Below are positions 35,519-47,894 of a DNA stretch of 64,000 nucleotides, piece by piece. The DNA comes from Piromyces finnis finn (taxonomy: Eukaryota > Fungi > Neocallimastigomycota). The position numbers were made by a program, and so were the translations under genes. The notes under the pieces were generated by a model, which saw only the letters and a program-made list of their open reading frames with translations, ran no database searches and had not been told where the DNA came from. Numbering within the stretch: position 1 is the first letter of the stretch; each line of letters opens with the position of its first letter. Location of the stretch: the NCBI GenBank assembly GCA_002104945.1, contig MCFH01000035.1, forward strand, positions 124,001 through 188,000. Reading direction: 5' to 3'.

Positions 35519-37100
35519 TACTGTTATTGTCATTATAATTTTCATTATTATATTTATTATTACTATTATTTGTTGTTATTATTGGTATAATTTTAAATAA
35601 TAAAGTATAAATAATAATATAAATAGGTATATATAAATATATAAATGACATTTATGTTGTATAATTTAAGACGACATTTAAATGTCTCTAAAGTATTTTG
35701 TTTATATGAATTGAAGAATTGAAGATTTTTATTATTCTTATAAACATTATTATTATTACTTATTTACCTTAGAATAATGTTTATTTCTTTCTCTTAATAG
35801 ATAAAAATCACCCTTTTATTAATAAAAGTTGAGATAATAAACTTAAAAATACTTTTATAAGAAAAAAAAAAAAAATCGAGGACTTATCCTTTATTTATAT
35901 ATTAATTATTCTAATAAAGTTAAATTAATTATAAAAAATATATCATTTAATTATAAAAATTTAAGTTTGCTATGAATTATATCTTCCACTAATAAAATTT
36001 TATCTATTCATTATATTATCTTTTTGGTGAATCATACATATTATATGGATATACAGAAAAAAAATTTTAATAATTATAATAAAAGAATGAAAGGTTTTTA
36101 TTATATTAAAAAATAATTAATATAAATAAAATCAAATTTCTTTTACAAATTATAAATCTAAAAAATCATAATATTAGATATGGAAAGCTATTTCACTAGT
36201 AATAAAGTCTAGTATAATAATAACGAGAATAATTATAGTAAATATGGAAAATTTAAATTAATGCAGTATACAATATATAGTAACGCAACTAAATAAATTA
36301 AATAAAACTTATTGAATCTTCATTTTTATATATTTAATACTACAATATAAAATTGAAATCCATATATTCCTTGATTATGTTCAACTCATTTATTTGTTCG
36401 CTGTTGATGTAGTTTATAATATATAAATTTTAAAATGTACCCATTTTTTTATTTTATATATATATGTATAGTATTATTAACACTTTCTATAAATGGGAAA
36501 AAAGAAAGAAAAAACTGACAAAAATAACATTAATTCAACATTTAAATTGACAAATCCTATTTATATAGAGCTATATGATTTTTTTTTTTACTTAATTTAT
36601 ATAAATAGAGAAAAAGAAATATAACAAAAAGAAAAAAGAGAATTAAAAAAAAAAAAAGCATCTACTAAATTGTGTTTTAATATTTTAATAATCACTATAT
36701 CACTATGTTCATAAATTATACTTTTTTTTTTTTTTTAATTTTTTATTTTTTTATTTTTTTATTTTTTTTATTTTTTTTTTTACTACCTTTCTTTTTATTA
36801 TTTATGAAACGCAAAGGTGTTTTTCATTTATATTTCACTAATGAAAAAGTATCATTAGTTATTTAAAAATTATAAAGTATAATACATTATAAATTTTATA
36901 TACAATGTATAATTTTAACAATAATATGAAATGATTTTTGTAAGATCGACGTTGTTGTTTGTTCATTTTAATATTTTTAATATTTAAACATTATTTTATA
37001 AAATAAAGCTTTTTAAAAAAAATAAAATAAGAAAAAAAAAACTTATTTATTTGAATAATATATTTTATTAAATAGATAGTTTCTTCACTGATAAACTATC

Positions 37101-38591
37101 TTAAATTTTGAATATTTCATTCATGTTCATTGGGTGACTAGTAGAAAGTTGTGGAATTTGGGAGAATCTCTTTTCCTTCATAACTTGACGAATATTAGTT
37201 AATAATTGAGTATAAGTCAAATTTGGATTTTGATTTAATACAGTAATAAGAGCATAAGACATGGCACCAGTAGAGACGTTATTAATTTTAGCATCAGCAG
37301 AAGTTTGATCATCTCTACAACCTGAGAATTGAATAACATCAGCATCATGCTTTCTTTTATTAATGGCATTTTGATTAGCACTACTATTACCACTACTGTA
37401 ACTGCCACCAGATAAACCACTTGCTAATTGAGCAAAGTTAATAGAACCATCGAATATACTAAGAAGAGAACTAGCAATCTTTGCTTGATCACCAGAAATA
37501 AGACTACCAACAATATTAATGGCCTTCTTGAAAACTTCCTTACGGACATCATTTTCAATAACTTCAACTTGACCATCACATTGATAGGTGTATGGAAGAT
37601 CTAAAACGGTACCAGAGTGACAAGAATCGAAAATAGCTGTTAATCTACAACCTTGTGGTAATGGAGTAACTAAATTTTCATAAATGATATCATCAGTAAT
37701 TTGACCAGCGGATTCATAATCAAGTGGAATAATAGTTTCATCATAGCCATCAACTTCATCACCATCTCCATCCTTAGCTGTACCACCATGACCAGAATAG
37801 TGGAAAAATAAGGAATCACCAGATTTGGCACCTTGAACAAGCCATTTCATTCCTTCAATAATATTATTATAAGTTGGTTTTTTTGAAGAATCTTGTTGTT
37901 CGTCTGTTAAATATAAACAGTTTTGGAAACCAAATCTTTGACAGACTAATTGAGAAACATTCTTAACATCATTAATACAACCCTTAAGTTCGGCTGAAGT
38001 GCCAGTGTAATTAATACCAATGAAAAGAGCCTTTTTATTACCATCCAAGGTAGATCTGACACTTCTATCACCACCTTTTTCTCTGTAGAATTTATCAAGA
38101 TCAGTTTGCCATAATTTTTGTTCTCTAATTTTCTTATTAACTTCAACATGTAATTTTTGACTTTCATTTAAACCTTCATTATTATTCCATCTATTAATTT
38201 GAATATTATATCTACCACCTGGTCTTCCCATACCTGTACCTGGTCTTCCCATACCTTGACCTTGCATACCCATTCCTGGTCCTCCCATACCTGTACCTGG
38301 TCTTCCCATACCTTGACCTTGCATACCCATACCTGGTCCTCCCATACCTGGTCTTCCCATACCTTGACCTTGCATACCCATACCTGGTCCTCCCATGCCT
38401 GGTCTTCCCATGCCTTGACCTTGCATACCCATACCTGGTCCTCCCATACCTGGTCTTCCCATGCCTTGACCTTGCATACCCATTCCTGGTCCTCCCATGC
38501 CTGGTCTTCCCATGCCTTGACCTTGCATACCCATTCCTGGTCTGCCTTGGCCATTGTTTTCATCACCTCTTCTTCCTGAACCAAAGAACAT
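37101..38591 (-). CDS. MCA1: Type I metacaspase, copy 2 (Gly/Met/Gln 17-aa repeat prodomain), intronless
   Basis: HYSGHG and DSCHSG intact; N-terminal 6x PGMGMQGQGMGRPG(TG)MG(G/R). Confidence 0.97.
   Translation of the reverse strand: MFFGSGRRGDENNGQGRPGMGMQGQGMGRPGMGGPGMGMQGQGMGRPGMGGPGMGMQGQGMGRPGMGGPGMGMQGQGMGRPGMGGPGMGMQGQGMGRPGTGMGGPGMGMQGQGMGRPGTGMGRPGGRYNIQINRWNNNEGLNESQKLHVEVNKKIREQKLWQTDLDKFYREKGGDRSVRSTLDGNKKALFIGINYTGTSAELKGCINDVKNVSQLVCQRFGFQNCLYLTDEQQDSSKKPTYNNIIEGMKWLVQGAKSGDSLFFHYSGHGGTAKDGDGDEVDGYDETIIPLDYESAGQITDDIIYENLVTPLPQGCRLTAIFDSCHSGTVLDLPYTYQCDGQVEVIENDVRKEVFKKAINIVGSLISGDQAKIASSLLSIFDGSINFAQLASGLSGGSYSSGNSSANQNAINKRKHDADVIQFSGCRDDQTSADAKINNVSTGAMSYALITVLNQNPNLTYTQLLTNIRQVMKEKRFSQIPQLSTSHPMNMNEIFKI
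38222..38540 (-). repeat. Coding minisatellite: four 51-bp and two ~57-bp units in the metacaspase 2 prodomain
   Basis: Repeating 'cctggtcttcccat(a/g)ccttgaccttgcatacccat...' units, visible in both DNA and translation. Confidence 0.92.
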
Positions 38592-41128
38592 TTTTATTTT
38601 CCTATTTTATGTCTATATAAAAATATTGTATAACTATTTGGTTATTAACTACTAAATTGTTAATAGAAAAATATTTAAATTTTTATATTCATAGATAATA
38701 AATTAATTCATATATATTATTCTATTAATATTAATTTTTCTTTTTCATTATATTTTTTATTTATTGAATATTGAATACACATTAACTTCATTTTTTAATT
38801 GTAACACTTTCAAAAGAACAATTCAAATATTATTATTTTTTTTCTCCTTTCTTAAAAAAATAATATATTAAATATTTATTTTGAACAGTAAGGTTAAATA
38901 TATCAAAAGTTTGGTTTTATTTTTTTATTATTACTCTATTCTAACTATTTTATTATTCCTCTTATTTTCTTTAATAATTTTTGTACAAAAGATAAATATA
39001 TCAATATTTTAATATTGACATTCACACAATTCACATTAATATTTTTTTTTCTTTGTTTTATGAATAATACTATTAATGTTTTTTTAATTTTTTATAATTT
39101 TTTTACCTTTTATATTAAGTACCTTTCTTTAAAGATAATAATATAATTTATTTATAAAAAAAAAAAAAAAAAAATATAGGAAATATATTCATTTTTATAT
39201 AATTTTTTTTTAACAATCTTTCTTAACATAATACACACATCCATATTTTGTTTTTAATTTAATAAAGTTTAATTCTATATAAATTATAATAATTTCTTTT
39301 TTTTTTTTAATAATAATTAAAGTGTATTAATTATTTACTTTTTAAATTTTTATTTCAAAAGAAATATTATATATTATAGTATATTCATAATATGTGTATA
39401 CCATATATTATATACTATACTATTATAAATTATCATAGTAGTACTGTTAATATATGATTTAATATATTGTTTGAATATATTATTAATGCATTTAAATTAA
39501 AATGTTGATTTATTTTTTGATTGAATTAGCCTTTTTCTTATATATATTCAATACTAAAATATTGCCTACCTCTTTTCAATAATAAATCATAGTATATAGT
39601 AGATTCAAATTATTTTACCTAAAAAAAACACATAAAAATATTAAATAAAAACAAATAGAGTAATAAAGGTTACACATATATAACTACAATATATTGTTTA
39701 TATATAACCCTTACAATTAAGATATGTCATATACTGAAAAATAATTTATATTCAAATTTTTTAAAAAATTAATATTTTTTTTATGTTTGGAAGAAAGGCA
39801 TGTTTTTGACTTTTAACCAATGATCATGCTAGGAGTTAAAGAGGTAAGTTAAAAATAAAAGAGCCTCTTTCTCTTTATATATAGTAACTAAATAAAGTTG
39901 CATTGAAATAAAGGGAAATTAAATAATAAACTAATAAAAAAAGACATGGAAAGTGGAAGATAAAAGTTGAAATTATATGATAATTTGTATCTATGGTTTT
40001 TTTATTTTTAAAGAAAAAGGTATATATATTTTTTATTTTTAATCTGTATATTATAAATTCATAACACTTTTTTAATATATAAATAATTAATCAATATTTT
40101 GAAATTTTCATCTATACTTTATTAGTAATATAAATATTTCAATTCCTAAAGATATTGGTTATTCTACTTGTCATCCTTTGAATAAATATTCCCTTTTATT
40201 TATAGAACATATAAATAAATAATAAAAAAATGAAAACTTTTTAATATAAATAAAAATATATTTATTTATTTGATTGTATCACAAACTTTAAATGGAAATA
40301 TAAATTACTATTTTTTATATTAAAAATTTGTATTTTAAAATACGCTTATTAATGTAAAAATCCAAACTATTTATCATTTATAATAATTAAAAATAAAAAT
40401 ATACAAACATAAAAAAGAAAAGTGACATATAACTTTACTATTTTTGGCACCAACAAAAATTAAATGTTTTAATAAATCAATGTAGACTGTAAATTTAAAA
40501 TATATAATTATTTTTAATATATATATATATTTCATTCCAATATAAAATATATAATTAAAACTATATTTTTATTACAATAAAAAATGAATGGAATCATTAT
40601 TTTAGAGAAATAAAATAATATAAATAGTATCACTTAATAGCAAGATTTGGTAATTAATAATTTGAATAATAAATAAATAAAAATCATAAACTTTCAAAAT
40701 AAAATATTTTAAATTAAACACTATGGACATTTTAAAGTATATATGATTTAGTTTTTTTAATCTTTTTTTTTTATTTATTATTTTATTTTTTATTTTTTTT
40801 TTTATTATATGTAGTTTTTTTTATGCTTTTCTTTATATTTAAAATTAGTTCAATATAAAAGAAAGGTGATGTTAAAATTATTCAATTCATTGAATTGTAA
40901 TAATACAAAAGCTAATTAAATGAGGTTGTTGTTTTTTTTGTTTGTTTGTTTTTTTCTTAATGAATTTGTTATGTGTAGTAAAATAACTCTATTAAATAAT
41001 GAAAAAAAGGTATTCTTATTGATTTTTGATTTTTGAAAAATAGTTATGAGTTTTTGTTTTGTTTCTTGTCAATAAATAAATAAAATAAAATGTATTATTT
41101 ATGTTTTGAAAAGTATTTTTATTTTATC

Positions 41129-42613
41129 TTACAAAAAGAATTTTTCATTCATGTTCATTGGGTGACTAGTAGAAAGTTGTGGAATTTGGGAGAATTTCTT
41201 TTCCTTCATAATTTGACGAATACTGGTTAATAATTGAGTGTAAGAATAATCTCTATCTTGATTTAACAAGGTCACCATGGCATAAGACATAGCACCAGTA
41301 GATTCATTATTAATCTTAGCATCAGCAGAGGTTTGATTATCTCTACAACCTGAAAATTGAATAACATCAGCATCATGCTTTCTTCTCTTAATTGCATTTT
41401 GGTTTGCAGCACTACCTTGACTACTACCACTACTACCTAATTTGGAAAAATCAATGGAACCATCAAAAATACTAAGAAGAGAACTAGCAATCTTTGTTTG
41501 ATCACCAGAAATAAGGCTACCAACAACATTAATGGCCTTCTTGAAAACTTCCTTACGGACATCATTTTCAATAACTTCAACTTGACCATCACATTGATAG
41601 GTGTATGGAAGATCTAAAACGGTACCAGAGTGACAAGAATCGAAAATAGCTGTTAATCTACAACCTTGTGGTAATGGAGTAACTAAATTTTCATAAATGA
41701 CATCATCAATAATTTGACCAGCCTTTTGGTAATCAAGTGGTAAAATAGTTTCATCAAAACCATCAACTTCATCACCATCTTCATCCTTAGCTGTACCACC
41801 ATGACCAGAGTAGTGGAAAAACAAGGAATCACCAGATTTGGCACCTTGAACAAGCCATTTCATTCCTTCAATAATATTATTATAAGTTGGTTTTTTGTCT
41901 GGATCTTGTTGTTCATCAGTCAAGTATAAACAATTTTGGAAACCATATTTTCTACAGAATAATTCAGATACATTTTTAACATCATTAATACAACCCTTTA
42001 ATTCAGCCTGAGTTCCTTTATAGTTTATACCAATAAAAAGTGCTTTTTTGTTACCATTGCAAGCAGATCTGACACTCCTATCACCACCTTTTTCTCTGTA
42101 AAATTTATCGAGATCTCTTTGCCATAAATTTTGTTCTTTAATTTTTTGATTTACAGTATTATTAAAATCTTGATCTGTATTATTATTACTACTCCAATTA
42201 TTAATGGAATATTTATATCTTCTACCTCCACCCATTCCTGGGCCTCCAAAACCACCACCCATACCTGGACCTCCAAAGCCGCCATTCATTCCTGGGCCTC
42301 CAAAACCACCACCCATACCTGGACCTCCGAAACCACCATTCATACCTGGACCCCCAAAGCCACCACCATATCCATTACCATAACCATCATTACCTCCCAA
42401 ACCTCTCATACCTTGATCATTCATTCCCATTCCTGGTCCGCCTGGTCCACCAAAACCTCCTGGTCCACCTGGGCCTCCAAAACCTCCTGGGCCTCCAAAA
42501 CCTCCTGGTCCACCTGGGCCTCCAAAACCTCTTGGACCTCCAAAACCTCCTGGTCCACCTGGGCCTCCAAAACCTCTTGGACCTCCAAAACCTCCTGGTC
42601 CTCCCATATACAT
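41129..42613 (-). CDS. MCA1: Type I metacaspase, copy 3 (GPGGFG/GGFGGPGM repeat prodomain), intronless
   Basis: Catalytic HYSGHG/DSCHSG intact; N-terminal ~130 aa of Gly/Pro/Phe/Met repeats. Confidence 0.97.
   Translation of the reverse strand: MYMGGPGGFGGPRGFGGPGGPGGFGGPRGFGGPGGPGGFGGPGGFGGPGGPGGFGGPGGPGMGMNDQGMRGLGGNDGYGNGYGGGFGGPGMNGGFGGPGMGGGFGGPGMNGGFGGPGMGGGFGGPGMGGGRRYKYSINNWSSNNNTDQDFNNTVNQKIKEQNLWQRDLDKFYREKGGDRSVRSACNGNKKALFIGINYKGTQAELKGCINDVKNVSELFCRKYGFQNCLYLTDEQQDPDKKPTYNNIIEGMKWLVQGAKSGDSLFFHYSGHGGTAKDEDGDEVDGFDETILPLDYQKAGQIIDDVIYENLVTPLPQGCRLTAIFDSCHSGTVLDLPYTYQCDGQVEVIENDVRKEVFKKAINVVGSLISGDQTKIASSLLSIFDGSIDFSKLGSSGSSQGSAANQNAIKRRKHDADVIQFSGCRDNQTSADAKINNESTGAMSYAMVTLLNQDRDYSYTQLLTSIRQIMKEKKFSQIPQLSTSHPMNMNEKFFL
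42230..42605 (-). repeat. Coding Gly-rich tandem repeats (18/27/30-bp units) in the metacaspase 3 prodomain
   Basis: Repeated 'cctccaaaacctcctggtccacctggg' and 'cctccaaaaccaccacccatacctgga' units. Confidence 0.88.
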
Positions 42614-44099
42614 TTTGATATATTAATTATCAATTATTATGATAAAAAAACTTTTTTTTTTAATTATTATATTAAATAAAAAAAAATTAATGAATATTTC
42701 AATTAAATTTATTATTTGGTATTTAAATTATTATTTTCATTTAATAAGTAATTTAATGAATCTATCATTATTGTAATTATTTTTATTTCTCCTTCTATGT
42801 TTTTAATATAATATTAACCTTTTGGTGTATTTTATGAGTTAGTTTGGTTTGTTATATTTTATCACTTTTTTGTGATTTATTATATTTTACTTTGAGTTAC
42901 TTTTGAATTTTTTTTAAAAAAAAAAAAAATAAAAAAATGAAGATGATAATAACAAGGATAATAATAATAAATCTTATTTTCAAATTAATAAATTAATTTA
43001 ATTCAAACATTTATAAAACATATATATAGTTGAGCATTACTTTAATTAAATAACTTTTTTATTACAATAATTGTAATTATTGTATACATTATTGAACTTT
43101 AAAATCATAAATTATTTATATTTTAAATAAAATAATAATCATAATAAATAAGAATAAGAATAAAAATATAAGTGTATTATGTTTAAATAGGCTATTAATA
43201 AAATAAACAAGAATAGATAAAATAAAAATAATTAAAAACCCAATACATCTATCTCATTGAATTTTTTGAAAATAAAGGATAAAAAAATAAAGTAAAATAA
43301 AAATTAATATAAATAAATTAATTTAATTTATTAATTTATTTTACCTTTCATTAAAAAATTTTTTTGGTATAATAAATTAATATATTTTAAAAATAATACT
43401 AAATGTTAGATGTAGCCACTGTCAAAAAAAAAAAAATAAAATCTGTTTTTTATTTACTGAATTATTTTTATTCTACCACGATTTTGATTTTTTTTTTTTT
43501 TTTTTTTAACAGCTATATATATTTTAAAATCCTTAGTAAAATTATAATTATAATACAAGTATTTATGTATTTGTGTATTTAAAAAAATAATTTTTGCTTT
43601 ATCACTCAAAAAGCAATTTAAGAATCAACAAATTATTTAAAAAAAAAAATAGAGTTTTTTTTTTCTGTATACTATAGTTTTTGATTACTATTATAAACAA
43701 TTAATAATCACTAACAATAATAATTAAGTAAATAAAATTATCTAAATATCCTATTAATTTTAAAATAGTATACTTTAAAAATTATATTTTATATTTAATA
43801 GCCTTTATTTGTTATAAAATTTTTTTATAAATAATTTAATTTTTTTTATGTGTTCGTATATTCGTCTTTTACATGGTATATTACAACATTAATATTTTAA
43901 TAAGCATATAAAAGATAAATGCTTTACAATATATTATACGATTACAATGTTTGAAATTTATTTATTATAATACATGATTACTATTTTCAAATTACTTTCA
44001 ATATTTTTTTGCATTAATTTAACAAAAATAGTAAAATGTTTTCAAACATGATATAATTTATATTATCATGATATTATTGTTTTTAAATATGCGTATTGC

Positions 44100-45320
44100 T
44101 TAGATAGTGAATTGAGCATTCATGTTCATTGGATGAGATGCAGAAAGTTGTGGGATTTGAGAGAATCTCTTTTCATTCATGATTTGTCTAATTTGAGTTA
44201 ATAATTGTAAGTAAGTGATGTTTGGATTTTGATTTAAAACAGTAATTAAAGCGTAAGACATAGCACCAGTAGAAACGTTATTAATATTAGCATCAGCTGA
44301 GGTTTGATTATCTCTGCAACCAGAGAATTGAATTACATCAGCGTCGTGTTTTCTCTTTTCAATAATAGCTTGTTGTTGTTCTGGACTAGAGCTAGCAGTA
44401 AGAGAACCGTCAAAGATACTCATAAGAGCAGAAGCTATACCAGCGGTGTTACCAGTAATAAGACTACCTACAACACTAATGGCCTTCTTGAAAATTTCCT
44501 TACGAACATCATTTTCAATAACTTCAACTTGACCATCACATTGGTAAGTGTATGGGAGATCCATAACAGTACCAGAGTGACAGGAATCGAAAACAGCAGT
44601 TAATCTACAACCTTGTGGTAATGGTTTAACTAAGTTTTCGTAAATAACATCATCAACAATTTGACCAGTTTGTTGGTAGTCAAGTGGTAATATAGTTTCA
44701 TCAAAACCATCAATTTCATCATTTTCAGAATCCTTAGCTGTACCACCGTGACCAGAGTAGTGGAAGAATAAAGAATCACCTGGCTTAGCATCTTGAACGA
44801 GCCATCTCATACCATTAATGATATTTTCATATGTTGGTTTCTTTGAAGAATCTTGTTGATCATCAGTTAAATATAAACAATTTTGGAAACCAAATCTTTG
44901 ACAGACTAATTGAGAAACATTCTTTACATCATTAATACAACCTCTGAGTTCAGCTTGAGTACCAAAGTAGTTGATACCAACAAAAAGAGCCTTTTTGTTA
45001 CCAGAACAATTAGAAGTAGTGAAGTTATTACCATCTCTACTGTTGTAAAATCCTTCAGTATCCTTGTTCCATAAGTTTTGGCTTTTAATTTGTTCATGAA
45101 TACTCTTAGTAAATTCAGAAGCAGAGTTAGCAGTGTTAATTTTAACTCTGTATCTCTTGTTTTGACCAGCAATATTAGCGATGGTTTGTACACCATTAAA
45201 GATGTTGTTAAGAGTTTTGGAATCAACATGTTGAGATACTTGTTGAATACCTTGTTGGATACCTTGTTGGATACCGTTTTTAACAGTTTCGTTATTCTTT
45301 AATTTGTTTAAGAAATCCAT
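44100..45320 (-). CDS. MCA1: Type I metacaspase, copy 4 (QQGIQQGIQQ N-terminus), intronless
   Basis: All metacaspase motifs intact (HYSGHG, DSCHSG, QIPQLSASHP). Confidence 0.97.
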   Translation of the reverse strand: MDFLNKLKNNETVKNGIQQGIQQGIQQVSQHVDSKTLNNIFNGVQTIANIAGQNKRYRVKINTANSASEFTKSIHEQIKSQNLWNKDTEGFYNSRDGNNFTTSNCSGNKKALFVGINYFGTQAELRGCINDVKNVSQLVCQRFGFQNCLYLTDDQQDSSKKPTYENIINGMRWLVQDAKPGDSLFFHYSGHGGTAKDSENDEIDGFDETILPLDYQQTGQIVDDVIYENLVKPLPQGCRLTAVFDSCHSGTVMDLPYTYQCDGQVEVIENDVRKEIFKKAISVVGSLITGNTAGIASALMSIFDGSLTASSSPEQQQAIIEKRKHDADVIQFSGCRDNQTSADANINNVSTGAMSYALITVLNQNPNITYLQLLTQIRQIMNEKRFSQIPQLSASHPMNMNAQFTI

Positions 45321-46486
45321 GATATATTATTAAGCTATTTTATTTATATTTATAATAATATTATTTAATAGTATTAGTAAAAAATAATTTATTGAAATTA
45401 AATTTATACTTTATTATTTAACATATTTTTCTGAAATGAAGTGTTTTTTTTTTTTTTTTTAAATACTAATAATACTATATTATTTATATTATTTATCTAT
45501 TATTTTTCAACAATAAATTAAATTTCATGCCTAATTGAATTTATATTATATTTTATTTTATTATTATTATTATTATTTTTTATTTTAATTTTTTATTTAT
45601 TCATTGCTATTTTAACATATCCTATTGTTATTAATTATACACATTTATATTCATATAATTATTTTTCTTTCTTTTCTATAATATACTGTTATTTTTACCC
45701 TTTACTAAAATAAAAAGGAACTTTTTATATTGTTGTTAAAAAAATATTAAAGTAAGAGAAATTATCTTTCTTTTATATTATTTGATTTTTTATTTTTTAT
45801 TAATAATAAATAATGATAGCATTTTTTTTTTTTTTGTTTATAATAAACTTTCTTAATTTGGTTAATTATTTTTTTATTATTAATATTGAAATTTTTTAGT
45901 TTATGTAAATAATGCTACTCCATTTCAATAATTAATATATATTAATAATATAATACATATTTAAAAGAAAGATATATTATTCTCAATTGTATATTAATTT
46001 TGTATGGCCATTCTTACAATATAAAATAGTTTAAAAAACATTTTATATTAATTTATATAAATAAACAACTATATATTATTATCATAAATAATTATATATA
46101 TTTATATTTAATGAATATATTCCCAATATATTCATTAAATATATAAAATATTAATTTGAAAGACTCAAATATATAAATATATATTGGTTGTTCTATGGAG
46201 TTTAATTATTATACAAGTTTATTAATTATTATTTATGGCTTTTATTATATAATGGTTATGTAATAATAATATATGATAGAATTAATTTTAAAGCATTTGA
46301 AGTATTACAAATATATATATAAATTTTGAAAGATGACTATTTTTTGTTAAATAAATAATATTTTTCTCTCTTATTTATTGTATCAGCCATTTTTCAAAAA
46401 TATACATATATATATATTATTATCCTTGAGCTAATTCAACTAAAATATAATATTCATACTTCTACATATTATCATTGTTATATGAA

Positions 46487-47319
<833 letters not shown>

Positions 47320-47894
47320 TCGTATTAAAAATGAAAGTAATTACATTATACTACAGGAAGTTTACCAAGCCATTTTTCACTAGAAACATTTAGAATAAAA
47401 CGATAATATGTATAACAAACTATAAAATTTTAACAAAAAAAATGCAATTGAGGAATAGTTTAACACTATTATATAATTTACTAATATTTAAAACTAAAAC
47501 ATTAATAGCATATAGTTAAAGGCACTTATATTAATAGTATATTTATACAGTAAGCAATTTTGTAATATACATATATAAAAATATCAATGTTTATTGTATA
47601 TAAAACAAAAATAGTATTTTATATAAAAAGTTTTGGCCTAAAAATATTATTAATAGCTTCACTGCAAAATTTTTTTTTATATTAATCAATTATTAATTAT
47701 TTATTGATTATTTTTATTATAATAAAATACATTACAAATACATAATAATATTAAATTTGTGAATACTAATGAAACTTAGTTCTATTTAATTGTCTATCAT
47801 TTTTAATTACATTAAAGAAAAGAAAGAAAAAATAAAAAAAGGGAAAATATAAAGCATTAAAGAAAAACTTATAAATACATAATAAAATGTTTTA

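Noticed and set aside
38168-38584. Alternative-frame and antisense repeat ORFs (WEDQVWVCKVK; HTWSS) over metacaspase 2, and similar ones at 42131-42679
   Set aside because: Shadows of GC-rich coding repeats that happen to lack stops; there is no independent evidence for coding.
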